In this document: positions 9,847-19,097 of the stretch, one piece after another
Numbering within the stretch: the stretch's first letter is position 1
Layout: each line of letters begins with the position of its first letter
NCBI GenBank assembly: GCA_965243025.1
Contig: CBDETY010000003.1
Location: forward strand, 736,001-800,000
Source: Candidatus Latescibacterota bacterium
Lineage (GTDB): Bacteria > Latescibacterota > UBA2968 > UBA8231
Direction: 5' to 3'
DNA: 64,000 bases
Translations under genes and position numbers: made by a program
The notes under the pieces: generated by a model
Database searches by the model: none
What the model saw: the letters and a program-made list of their open reading frames with translations, nothing else
Told to the model about the DNA's origin: nothing

Positions 9847-10644
9847 GTGAGGGGCCCGCGGCTTCCGTACCGGTACGACCATTTCACCTGGCCGGAGCTG
9901 CGCGGCCTGGTGCCGCGGCAGCCGGCGGTGGTGCTGCCGGTCGGCTCGACCGAGGACCACGGCCATCACCTGCCGCTCGACGTCGACACCTTCGTCGTCA
10001 GCGAGGTCTGCGAGGCCGCGGCCCGACGCATACCCGACGAAGTTCTGCTTCTGCCGGCCCTGCCCTACGGCTTCGAGGACCACCACATGGACTTCCCCGG
10101 CACCATCACCGTCGGGGACGAGCACCTGCTGCATTTTGTCCTCGACATCACCCGCAGCGTCGCCCACCACGGCTTCCGCAAGATCCTGATCGTCAACGGC
10201 CACGGCTCCAACAGCCCGATCCTCGAGCTGGCGGCGCGGCGCACGGTGATCGAGACCGAGGCGCACTGCGCGCTGCTGATGGGGGGCGCCGCCGAGGTCG
10301 AGAAGGTGCGCGAGTCCGAGGTGCTGTCCCACGCCGACGAGATCGAGACCTCGGTGTACCTGCATCTCAACGCGGAGGCGGTGCAGATGGACAAGGCCGC
10401 CCGCGACGAGAAGATGCCGGTGGGGCGCTACTACTGGCGCGGTTCCCTGAAGGGGAAGGGGGCATCGCCCCTGAAGATGATGGACCACTGGTCGCGGGTC
10501 TCGGACACCGGGGTGATCGGGGACGCGACCCTGGCGACCAGGGAGAAGGGGGAGCTGGTGTTCGAGGCGGCCGCCGCGCAGCTGGCCGAGATCATCCGGG
10601 AGTTCCGCGGCATCCCGATCGCCGACCGCGTCGACCACCACTGA
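9847..10644 (+). CDS. Creatininase/creatinine amidohydrolase family protein
   Basis: LPVGSTEDHGHHLPLDVD, HHMDFPGT, NGHGSN, HADEIETS; GGAGG before GTG 9847. Confidence 0.9.
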   Translation: MRGPRLPYRYDHFTWPELRGLVPRQPAVVLPVGSTEDHGHHLPLDVDTFVVSEVCEAAARRIPDEVLLLPALPYGFEDHHMDFPGTITVGDEHLLHFVLDITRSVAHHGFRKILIVNGHGSNSPILELAARRTVIETEAHCALLMGGAAEVEKVRESEVLSHADEIETSVYLHLNAEAVQMDKAARDEKMPVGRYYWRGSLKGKGASPLKMMDHWSRVSDTGVIGDATLATREKGELVFEAAAAQLAEIIREFRGIPIADRVDHH

Positions 10645-10649
10645 GACGG

Positions 10650-11474
10650 ATGACGGTTGCTTCACACTGGGAGCCGCTGGAAGCCGGCCTCTCGGAGATT
10701 CTCCAGGCGCACGAGCGCCCCCTGGAGCTGCTTGCCAGCGGCGAGGCTCCCGCCCTGGTGATGCGCCGGGCCTACGATCCGGCGCACTGCGCCGCCCTCG
10801 TCGAGCGCTTCTACGAACGCGGCCTTCTCTTCGACCCCCGTGTGGAAGGGGAAACCGTCCCCCGCGTCGACATCGGGACCAGCCTCGGGCGCCACCGCAA
10901 CGACCGCGAGGGGTTCTTCGCCCATGCCCGGCAGACCCGCGACCTGTTCGCGGCCCTTTTCGAGGGGTACGGCGACCCGGTCGCCCTCATCTACGGCACC
11001 CTGTCGGCGCTCGCTCCCGGCAAGCGGGTCATGGTAGCCCGCGAGCCGGACGGCAGCCTCTACGGCCCGGCGATCTTCCGCACCTACTACGAGGGGGTCG
11101 GCCACACCCCCCACTTCGACTCGGCCCGCAAGCGGTCGAAGCTTTTCGACCTGCAGGTGTCCCGGTTCGAGAAGCAGTTCGCCGCCGTGCTCTGCTTCCA
11201 GAACGCCCTCGAGGACTCAGAGGGCGGCCACGCCTTCCTCTACCGGCGCCAGTGGTCGGAGGAGCTCACCGAAGACCTGTCCCGGTTCCGGGAGTACGCC
11301 GCCGGGCGCGGCATCGAGCGGGTGCGGATCGACCTGCAGCCGGGGGACTTCTACGTCTTCTGCTCCGAGACGATCCACGAGGTGCCGCCGCCGAAAGGGG
11401 ACCGGCCCCGCATCGTCCTGGCAAGCTTCTTCGCGATGTCCCCGGAAGACGACGAGATCTACGTCTGGTCCTGA
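10650..11474 (+). CDS. 2OG-Fe(II) oxygenase-like protein
   Basis: PHFD HxD motif, 'LQPGDFYVF..ETIHEV...RIVL' distal His/Arg pattern. Confidence 0.75.
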   Translation: MTVASHWEPLEAGLSEILQAHERPLELLASGEAPALVMRRAYDPAHCAALVERFYERGLLFDPRVEGETVPRVDIGTSLGRHRNDREGFFAHARQTRDLFAALFEGYGDPVALIYGTLSALAPGKRVMVAREPDGSLYGPAIFRTYYEGVGHTPHFDSARKRSKLFDLQVSRFEKQFAAVLCFQNALEDSEGGHAFLYRRQWSEELTEDLSRFREYAAGRGIERVRIDLQPGDFYVFCSETIHEVPPPKGDRPRIVLASFFAMSPEDDEIYVWS

Positions 11475-11641
11475 ATTTCGGCAACGGCCAGGGCCTGCCG
11501 CGGCGGCTCCCGGACTCCGCAGGCAGGATCCGGGCGGAGGCGAGGCATACCCTCACAGGAACGTGCGTTGACCGCCAGATCGCAGGGAAGGCGATTGCGT
11601 TCGGGCGCCGGATTCGGAGAAGAGCCGCCGAACCCCGAGAC

Positions 11642-12574
11642 TCAGTTTCCTTCGGGAAGGGAGGTTCCCCCGGGAGGCATTACCTCCAGGGCGGTCTTGA
11701 TGCGCCCCCAGGAGGCGGGTTCCACCGCGGAGCCGCCCGAGTCGAAAATGCCTGGGCTCCCCCCGGGTCCGAGCAGCACTCCATCCCCGAATTCACCTCC
11801 GAACAGCGCGTACACCGCATTGGCCAGGGTGTCCTCCTCGTCCTTGTCCCAGATGTAGATGTCGAACCCGATGACGCCTTCCTCGGCAAGCCGGGATACG
11901 GTGCTCTCTTCGGGTCCCGAGGCATCGAGCCGGTCGAAGCAGGTGGCGTGGAACTCGACCACCCAGAAAGTGGGGTTCTCGCCGAACACCCCGCCTCCGC
12001 CGGAGGCGAACGGCGGCTTTATCATCCAGTCGCCAGCGGGCTCGTCGACCCCGGTAGTAACCCAGATCATGCCGACCGTCCGCCCGGCAGGCACGCGGGA
12101 AACAGCATCGTAGCGCTGGTAGAAGGTGAACCACGTCCTCAGGTCCCCGGTGTCCTGGATCCCGGCATGATCCCCGTCGACCGCCAGCGAAATGCTGTCG
12201 GATTCGATGAACAGGTCGCTGGGGAGCTGGTATTCGTTGACGTAGGAATCGTCGGCAAACTCCCCGGCGACGTGGATTCTTCCGTCTTCGCTCCACCCGA
12301 GCCAGAGGCGAAAGTCGAGGTTGGAGGGATCGAGCTGATCGTAGGAGGCACCTTCCCGCGGCACCAGGCTGAAATCGAGCAGGGTCAGCGCCGGTTCGCC
12401 CACCTCCACTTCCCAGTCTTCGACGCTGCCGTCGCTCAGGTCGATTCGGGAAAGGCTCTCCTGGGAGAGATGGCTGATCGGAACCAGGCGGTCTCCGGTG
12501 TGCGCGGAGAGGGAGCCTGCCGCGGACGCGAACGCGGCCAGCGTCAGGAGAAGAATCGAAGGTGGATTTCTCAT
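11642..12574 (-). CDS. Secreted protein, CBM9/DOMON-like sugar-binding fold, C-terminal AVEPASWGRIK motif
   Basis: Signal peptide (MRNPPSILLLTLAAFASAAGSLSA), 'DGSVEDW', 'LDFRLWLGW', 'IGFDIYIWDKD'; paralog at window end. Confidence 0.7.
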   Translation of the reverse strand: MRNPPSILLLTLAAFASAAGSLSAHTGDRLVPISHLSQESLSRIDLSDGSVEDWEVEVGEPALTLLDFSLVPREGASYDQLDPSNLDFRLWLGWSEDGRIHVAGEFADDSYVNEYQLPSDLFIESDSISLAVDGDHAGIQDTGDLRTWFTFYQRYDAVSRVPAGRTVGMIWVTTGVDEPAGDWMIKPPFASGGGGVFGENPTFWVVEFHATCFDRLDASGPEESTVSRLAEEGVIGFDIYIWDKDEEDTLANAVYALFGGEFGDGVLLGPGGSPGIFDSGGSAVEPASWGRIKTALEVMPPGGTSLPEGN

Positions 12575-12635
12575 GGCCCTTCCTCTTGAGAACGGGAATC
12601 CGTTGGGGGACGGTAGCGGCTTTTCGCCGCCGGGC

Positions 12636-13544
12636 TCAGCTGGCGGCGGCGAGTTTTTCCGCCTCGGCGCGGACGTCGACTCCGACCAGTTCGGTCCAGG
12701 CATCGAGCAGCCGGCCGGTGACCTCCCCCGGCCTGCCGTCGCCGATCGCCTGCCTGTCGACGCGGGTGACCGGCAGGATCGACCACGGGGTGCTGGCGAA
12801 GAAGGCCTCGTCCGCGGTGTGGATGTCGTAGGGCTGCAGGTCTTCCTCGCTCGCGGGGATTCCGACCTGCGCGGCGAGGTCGAGCACCGTCTGCCTGGAA
12901 ACCCCGGCGAGGATGGCGCGGTCGTCCGGGGTGCGGAGGACGCCCCCGGAGACGATGAAGACGTTGTACCCCGACCCCTCGGTGAGGTTCCCCGCGTCAT
13001 CGGTCATGACAGGCCAGGCGCCGGGGTCGAGGTCGTTGGCCTCGATTTCCGCCATCGCCATGTTCATGCGGCTCAGGTGTTTGATCTTGGGGTCGAGGGC
13101 GAGGGGATGGTAGCTGCGGGTTTTCGTGACCACCGCGTGCAGGCCCTCCCTGAAGTAGCGGGCGACCCATTCGTTGGCAACCGGCGAATATTTGATATAG
13201 ACGTTCGGCGGCCCGGCCATCCACGCCCGCGTTCCCCCGGATCCCCGGGTCACCAGCTGCGTTATGATGAGATCGGTTCCGGGGGCCCGCTCGAGATTGC
13301 GCCGGACCCCCTCCTCGGTCAGGGCGAGCATGTCCGCCTGCGAAAGCTCGAGGTCGATGCGCACGTACTTGAGCGACTTGTAGAGCCTCTCGACATGCTC
13401 ATCCAGCCGGAACCCCTTGCCGCCGAAGGTCCGCTCGACGTCGAGCACCTGGTCCCCCAGCAGGGTGCCGCGGTCGTTCGGGTCGGGGAGAATCTGGTCC
13501 ATCGGCAGCCATTCCCCGTTCTTGTAGCCCACCAGCTCGGGCAT
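12636..13544 (-). CDS. PLP-dependent aminotransferase class IV (IlvE/D-amino acid aminotransferase family)
   Basis: DRGTLLGD, HVERL, DPKIKHLSR (PLP Lys), EGSGYNVF, ILAGVSR, ADEAF. Confidence 0.92.
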   Translation of the reverse strand: MPELVGYKNGEWLPMDQILPDPNDRGTLLGDQVLDVERTFGGKGFRLDEHVERLYKSLKYVRIDLELSQADMLALTEEGVRRNLERAPGTDLIITQLVTRGSGGTRAWMAGPPNVYIKYSPVANEWVARYFREGLHAVVTKTRSYHPLALDPKIKHLSRMNMAMAEIEANDLDPGAWPVMTDDAGNLTEGSGYNVFIVSGGVLRTPDDRAILAGVSRQTVLDLAAQVGIPASEEDLQPYDIHTADEAFFASTPWSILPVTRVDRQAIGDGRPGEVTGRLLDAWTELVGVDVRAEAEKLAAAS

Positions 13545-13610
13545 TGCTGATCATCTCCTTGAAAGCGGAAGCTCTTCCTGCGTTCGCGTCCTGAGGTAAA
13601 GGGAAAACCG

Positions 13611-14492
13611 ATGGCACACAAGTACTCCGTAATCCTCTGCACCCTCGCGTCCGGAGGCGGCGACGTCTGGGAGGATCCGCGCGGCGTGCTCGAAGCGGTC
13701 GCCGGGGCCGGCTTCGACGGCGTCGACCTCGATGCGGAGCCGGACCGCATCCCGGCGGCCCGCTTCGACGAGGTCAGGGATATCGCCGCTTCGCTCGGGC
13801 TCGAGGTGCCGGCGTTGATAGGTGCCTGGGCCCTGTGGCACGCCGGCGAGGAGCGGGACCTGGCCTCCCCGGAGGCGGGCGTGCGCCAGCACGGCATCGA
13901 CTACGCCCGCAAGTGCATCGACCTGGCGGCGACCTTCGCGAATCCCCCGACCTTCGAGATCGTCGCCTGTCCCGCGGAGAACGACTACCCGCAGACGAAG
14001 ACCCCGCGCGGGGAGCTGCGGGCCCGATTCGCCGAGTCGGCGCGCGCCATCGCCGGGCACGGGGCCCAAGCCGGGGTTTCCGTCGCCATCGAGCCGATCA
14101 ACCGCTTCGAGGGGTACGCCGGCTTCCTGAACAGCTTGGCGGAGGCAGTCGCCATCGCCGACGACCTGGCCATGGACAACCTCGGAGTGCTCGCGGACTT
14201 CTTTCACGTCAACATCGAGGACAGGGCCCTGACCGACGCCCTGCGGCTCGCCGGCCATCGCCTGATGCACGTTCACCTCGCCGACAGCAACCGGCAGCTT
14301 CCCGGCACCGGCCACATCGACTTCCTGCAGGTGATCCGCACCTTGAACGACATCTCCTTTTCGGGCTACCTCTCCCTCGACTGCGTCCCGGCGCTGCCGG
14401 ACTGGCGGACCCAGGTCCGCGAGGCCCTGCCGTTCATGAAGAGGCTCGAGGAGATGGCGGCGATTCAGGAGAGCATCGAGAACGCGGCCTGA
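13611..14492 (+). CDS. Sugar phosphate isomerase/epimerase (xylose isomerase-like TIM barrel)
   Basis: IEPINRFE, DFFHVNIED, HVHLADSNR..PGTGHIDF. Confidence 0.92.
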   Translation: MAHKYSVILCTLASGGGDVWEDPRGVLEAVAGAGFDGVDLDAEPDRIPAARFDEVRDIAASLGLEVPALIGAWALWHAGEERDLASPEAGVRQHGIDYARKCIDLAATFANPPTFEIVACPAENDYPQTKTPRGELRARFAESARAIAGHGAQAGVSVAIEPINRFEGYAGFLNSLAEAVAIADDLAMDNLGVLADFFHVNIEDRALTDALRLAGHRLMHVHLADSNRQLPGTGHIDFLQVIRTLNDISFSGYLSLDCVPALPDWRTQVREALPFMKRLEEMAAIQESIENAA

Positions 14493-14635
14493 GGCCGCGT
14501 TCCACTGATTACTTGAAACCCCGGCGCCGAGGCGCCCGCTCGTGTGGGCGGGGACAGGACACCATCACCCGGCGTCCGTGAAAAGCCGGATCCACGGGTA
14601 TTTCGCGCGGGCCCGGTTCCCGGATACCCCGCTGA

Positions 14636-15511
14636 TCAGCGGTCCGCGGCGACCACCATCGGGCGGTTCAGCTGGGTCTGGCTCTCGTAGATCGAACCGC
14701 TGCGTCCCGGGCGGATGACTTCCGGCTCGGGCACCGCGGGAACGTCGGTGTGCCGCGGCGCGGCGACCGGCTTTCCCCGGATGATGCAGGCGTCGAAGGC
14801 GGCCATGTCCTGCGGCGGGTTCTTGATGGGCCAGGCGTCGGCGGCGCAGTACTGCAGCAGGTAGAGGCGGCGCGACCGGGTCGCCGAGGAATTGGGGGCC
14901 GAGGCGTGCAGCATGGTGCCGTGGTGGATGGTGATCCCGCCCGCCTTCACCTCCACCGGGACCGCGTTCTCCGCGCCGAAGCCGCTGTCGGTGACCGCCC
15001 CGACGAAGTACTCCTCCTGGTAGTGGTTGTAGATCGGCCCCCGGTGCGATCCGGGGACGACCAGCAGGCAGCCGTTCTCCAGGCTCATGTCGTCGATGGC
15101 CACCCCCACGGCGAGGATGTCCTCGTTGGTGCGCGCGCAGAAGGCGTAGTCCTGGTGCCACTCGACCGGGCTGCCGAACCCGGCCGACTTCATGTTGAGC
15201 TTGCCGCTGAAGTGGCGGATGTCCTGACCGACCAGCTGCGCGACCTTGTCGAGGATGCGGCTGTCGCGGAAGATGCGGTCGTACGCCGGGTGCAGCTGCT
15301 CGGGATGCTTGAGCCGCCGCAGGCGCGGGGCCGCGGCGCTGTGCCCGGGCTCGAGGTCGAAGTCCTCGTCGTTCTCCGTCACCTGCCGGGAGCGCTCGAC
15401 GAACTCGTCGGTCAACCGCCTGAGCTCCTCGATCTCGGTGTCGGAGAAAACCCCTTCCACGCTGATGTAGCCGCGGGCGTGGTAGGCTTCGACCTGTTCC
15501 TGTGTCAGCAT
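14636..15511 (-). CDS. PhyH family dioxygenase
   Basis: MLTQEQVEAYHARGY, WHQD, ENGCLLVVPGSH, LHASAPN; AAGGAG RBS. Confidence 0.92.
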   Translation of the reverse strand: MLTQEQVEAYHARGYISVEGVFSDTEIEELRRLTDEFVERSRQVTENDEDFDLEPGHSAAAPRLRRLKHPEQLHPAYDRIFRDSRILDKVAQLVGQDIRHFSGKLNMKSAGFGSPVEWHQDYAFCARTNEDILAVGVAIDDMSLENGCLLVVPGSHRGPIYNHYQEEYFVGAVTDSGFGAENAVPVEVKAGGITIHHGTMLHASAPNSSATRSRRLYLLQYCAADAWPIKNPPQDMAAFDACIIRGKPVAAPRHTDVPAVPEPEVIRPGRSGSIYESQTQLNRPMVVAADR

Positions 15512-15608
15512 GGGTGCTCCTTTTTCCGAAGGGCTGGAGGGTTGGCGCAATCCCAACAATACGGCGCCTCGCGGTGGAAAAACAGCCGGCGCCAAATGCG
15601 CGGAGGAA

Positions 15609-16691
15609 TCACTCCAGGGGCGGTATCCCCTGTCCCGCGGCGGCGCGCCGGTTCCAGGAGACCCTGCCGGCGGCGACGTCCTCGAGGCTCAGCAGCTCGC
15701 CTCCCCGCTCGGCCGAGCAGTTCGCCCCCAGCACCGCGACGAGGCTGTTGACGCTGGCCGGGTAGGGCGACCGCGTGGCCGCCGGGTCTTCGGCCCGGAC
15801 CGCGGCGACGAAGGCGCTCGCCTGCAGCGCCTGGCAGTTCCGGCCGCCCCCGGCCGCCTCTTCGTCCTCGAAGACCGCGGTTCCGTTCTCGACCACCCGG
15901 TCGCTGCTCCACTCGACGATCGAGTCGTCGCCGACGACGGTCAGGGCGCGGCGGCCGGGGCCGGCGTCGTCGTTGTACAGGACCCTCGCGGTCGAGGCGT
16001 TGGCGAGCAGGCCGGAAACGAAGCGGAAGTTGACGGTGTACACGTGCGGCAGGTTCATCGGCTCTGGCCCCTCGCCGGGCCGGCGCCACTGGTAGAAGGC
16101 GGACACGCCGGCGATGTCGCCGAGCAGGTAGCGCAGCAGGTCGACCATGTGGATGGTGTTCTCGACGAAGGAGCCGCCGCACTCCTCGTAGCGGCTGGTC
16201 CACCAGCGCAGCGGCTTGCCGGAGTAGAACATCTGGAGCGAGGCGTGCCGGGGAGTCCGCTGCTTCAGGAGCTTCCGGGCCGCCTCCGCCGAGGGGTAGT
16301 AGCGGAACTGGAAGCCGACCTGGCTGACGATGCCGGCGCGCTCGATGACAGCGGCGGTCCCGACCGCCTCGGCGGCGTCGAAGCTGACCGGCTTCTCGAC
16401 GAACAGGTGGATCCCCCTTTCGGCGGCCTCCCTCACCTCGCCGGTGTGCCGTGTGGGGGGCAGGCAGACGTAGACGGCGTCGAGCTCCTCGCTGTCGAGC
16501 ATTTGCCGGAAATCTCCGTAGGTGGCGGCGGGGCGGTACTCGGCGGCGCGTTCATTCAGGGCTTCGGGGTCGACGTCGCACAACGCCTGCAGGACGACCT
16601 CCCCGCTCTCGACCAGCCGCGCCAGCGCCGGGAGGTGCGCATACGTGGCGATGTGCCCGGTGCCGATGACTCCCACCCTGACAGCTCTCAT
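15609..16691 (-). CDS. Gfo/Idh/MocA family oxidoreductase
   Basis: VGVIGTGHIA, FVEKP, VGFQFRY, GGSFVENTIHMVD. Confidence 0.92.
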   Translation of the reverse strand: MRAVRVGVIGTGHIATYAHLPALARLVESGEVVLQALCDVDPEALNERAAEYRPAATYGDFRQMLDSEELDAVYVCLPPTRHTGEVREAAERGIHLFVEKPVSFDAAEAVGTAAVIERAGIVSQVGFQFRYYPSAEAARKLLKQRTPRHASLQMFYSGKPLRWWTSRYEECGGSFVENTIHMVDLLRYLLGDIAGVSAFYQWRRPGEGPEPMNLPHVYTVNFRFVSGLLANASTARVLYNDDAGPGRRALTVVGDDSIVEWSSDRVVENGTAVFEDEEAAGGGRNCQALQASAFVAAVRAEDPAATRSPYPASVNSLVAVLGANCSAERGGELLSLEDVAAGRVSWNRRAAAGQGIPPLE

Positions 16692-16851
16692 GCTTTTCAG
16701 TCTCCTGGCCATGGAAAGGCAACTTCCCCCGGCAGGGTAAGGGGGGTGCCCCCTGTTTCAGGGCCGCCGCACCGGGGTTGATCGCAGCCGCCGGCGCCGT
16801 ACAATGCAGCGGCGAGAATAAGCAGTCGGACCCGAGACGGGAAGCAGGGAC

Positions 16852-17961
16852 ATGGAAGCGAAGAAGTACCGCGTCGCCGTGGTCGGCGGCGCCGGCACCT
16901 GGGGCCGCTACTACACGCGGGCCTGCGCCGAGCATCCGCGGTGCGAACTCGTCGCCCTCGTCGACAGGGCCCGGGAGAGGCGGGAGCGGTTCGCCGGGCA
17001 TTACGGAATTCCCCGTACATGCGACTCGATAGAGGAGCTGCTGGCCGACGAGGTGCCCGACATCGTCACCGCCAGCATCCCGGTCGCCTGGATACACGAC
17101 ACCGTGATCGCCTGCGCCGAGGCCGGGGTCAGGGCGGTGTCGTGCGAGAAGCCGATCGACTACCAGCTGTCCCGCGCCGACGAGACCGTGAGGATCTGCC
17201 GCGAGCGCGGCACCGCCTTCGGCTGCGGCACCGCCCACTGGGGGGAGCCGTTCCTGCCCGAGACCGCCGCCTGGCTGCGCGAGGGCCACCTCGGAAGGGT
17301 GACCGCCGCGGCCGTCCCGGGGGGGCTTCCCACCGAGGTCTCCGGCGGCGGCTGCCACACCCTGACCGCGATCCGCTTCGTCACCGGCCTCGAGGTGGAG
17401 TGGGTCGAGGGGGTCACCCTTCCCCCGGAGCCGACCTATGCGGCCCCGGAGGCGGAAAGCGGCACCGAGATCGACAGGCCCGCGTACGGCAGGCTGGGAC
17501 TATCCGGCGGCGCCGTCTGCGAGGTGCTCGATCCCAAGCTCGGGCGCGGCGCCTGCAACCTCTCGGTCAGCGGCGGGAACGGCCGCGTCTGGATCTCGCG
17601 GCCGCGGCCGGTGATCGTGCTGGGAACCGGGGCCGCTGCGAGCCCGGTCTTCCCGGCGTTTCTCGAAGGGCCGCCGCAATCTCCCGGGGCGATGCACATG
17701 ATCCGCCGCGCCGTCGACCGCCTCGTGGCCGCCTGCGAGGCCTGGAGCAGCGAGGTCCCCTGCAGCGGCGCCGACTACCTGCGCGCCCTCGAGATCGCCA
17801 TCGCCCTGACCCGCTCGGCCGCCCGCGGCGGGGAGCGCATCGAGCTGCCCCTCGAGGACCGCTCGCTCAAGCTCTACCCGCATCCCTACAGGCTGTACGG
17901 CGGCGACCGGGCCGGCTGGGAGAGCATCGGTTACAGCGGCCCTCCGGACATCGCCGGGTAG
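16852..17961 (+). CDS. Gfo/Idh/MocA family oxidoreductase
   Basis: VAVVGGAGTWG, CEKP, GCH, C-terminal 'ALEIAIAL..S' helix. Confidence 0.88.
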   Translation: MEAKKYRVAVVGGAGTWGRYYTRACAEHPRCELVALVDRARERRERFAGHYGIPRTCDSIEELLADEVPDIVTASIPVAWIHDTVIACAEAGVRAVSCEKPIDYQLSRADETVRICRERGTAFGCGTAHWGEPFLPETAAWLREGHLGRVTAAAVPGGLPTEVSGGGCHTLTAIRFVTGLEVEWVEGVTLPPEPTYAAPEAESGTEIDRPAYGRLGLSGGAVCEVLDPKLGRGACNLSVSGGNGRVWISRPRPVIVLGTGAAASPVFPAFLEGPPQSPGAMHMIRRAVDRLVAACEAWSSEVPCSGADYLRALEIAIALTRSAARGGERIELPLEDRSLKLYPHPYRLYGGDRAGWESIGYSGPPDIAG

Positions 17962-17976
17962 CACGGGAGAATCTCC

Positions 17977-19026
17977 GTGGATTCGCTGACCCAGGCGGCC
18001 CTCGGCGCCGCGGTCGGGTACGGCGTCCTGGGGCGGCATGCCGGCCGCAAGGCCCTGGTATGGGGGGCCGTGCTCGGCACCCTCCCGGACCTCGACGTGT
18101 TCGTTCCCCTCGGGGACGACGTCGCCGACTTCACCCACCATCGCGGCCCCACCCACTCGCTGCTCCTGCACGCCGCGGCGGCCCCGGTGATCGCCTGGGC
18201 AATGGGGCGGGTGCAGCCGTCGATCCTGCCGTTCCGCCTGCGCCGCTGGCTGCTGGCTTTCCTCTGCCTTACGACCCACGCCCTCCTCGACGCCTTCACC
18301 GCGTACAGCACGCAACTGCTCTGGCCGCTGCCGGTGGCGCCGACCGCCTGGTCGACCCTGTTCATCATCGATCCCTTCTACAGCCTGCCGCTGCTCGCCT
18401 GCGTGATCGCGGCGGTTGCTTCGGGAGGAGAAAGGGGGGTGCGCTGGAACCGTATGGGGCTTCTGCTGAGCACCGGCTACCTCCTCCTCAGCATAGCGGC
18501 CAAGCTTCACGTTCAGGGGGTTGTGCGCGATACCCTGCGAGGCGATCCCGAAGCGGGATCCTTCACCTCGGGGGCCACACCGTTCAACATCCTGCTGTGG
18601 CGGGTCGTGGCGATGGACAGCGGCGGTTATCGCATCGGTTACTACTCCCTCTTCGACGACTCGGAGCGCGTCCGCTTCACCCGCTACCCGGACGACCGGA
18701 GACTGCTCCAGGCGATCTCGGAGGAAGAGGCGGTTGTCGACTTGAAGAGGGTAACGAAAGGATTTTACGGGGTGCGCCTGATCGGCAGCGAAATCCAGAT
18801 GGCCGACCTGCGCATGGGATTCGAGCCGGCGTACGCGTTCCGCTTCGTGGTGGGAGAGCTGCGGGACGGGCAGATCAGGCCGGTGCCGAACCGCCGCGTC
18901 GGGGGCGGCCCCGACGAACTTGCTCTGGGCTGGTTCTGGGGGCGGATATGGGACGAATCCCTGCCGCCGCCGCATCCGGGGCAGGAGCGGTCATCCGGCC
19001 TTTCGGCTCCGGGACCCAAAGGGTAA
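17977..19026 (+). CDS. Metal-dependent membrane hydrolase (YdjM-like)
   Basis: MDSLTQAALGA, LPDLD, HRGPTHSL, THALLDAFTAYST, FIIDP. Confidence 0.9.
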   Translation: MDSLTQAALGAAVGYGVLGRHAGRKALVWGAVLGTLPDLDVFVPLGDDVADFTHHRGPTHSLLLHAAAAPVIAWAMGRVQPSILPFRLRRWLLAFLCLTTHALLDAFTAYSTQLLWPLPVAPTAWSTLFIIDPFYSLPLLACVIAAVASGGERGVRWNRMGLLLSTGYLLLSIAAKLHVQGVVRDTLRGDPEAGSFTSGATPFNILLWRVVAMDSGGYRIGYYSLFDDSERVRFTRYPDDRRLLQAISEEEAVVDLKRVTKGFYGVRLIGSEIQMADLRMGFEPAYAFRFVVGELRDGQIRPVPNRRVGGGPDELALGWFWGRIWDESLPPPHPGQERSSGLSAPGPKG

Positions 19027-19050
19027 GGATCCGCGCCTTGACCTCGACTC

Positions 19051-19080
19051 CCAAAAAAGGTGCCTCATTCCCCCTATACT
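19051..19080 (+). repeat. oriIS-like motif copy 1 (CCAAAAAAGGTGCCTCATTCCCCCTATACT)
   Basis: Shares CCAAAA..GGTGCCTCATT....CT(A/G)TAC with 25613-25641; resembles IS91/ISCR oriIS ends (..TTCCTATAC). Confidence 0.4.
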
Positions 19081-19097
19081 TTTGTTTGGTGCCAAAA

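Noticed and set aside
9847-10644. Mycofactocin (MftE) or RiPP cluster
   Set aside because: No radical SAM enzyme or precursor peptide nearby; generic creatininase family
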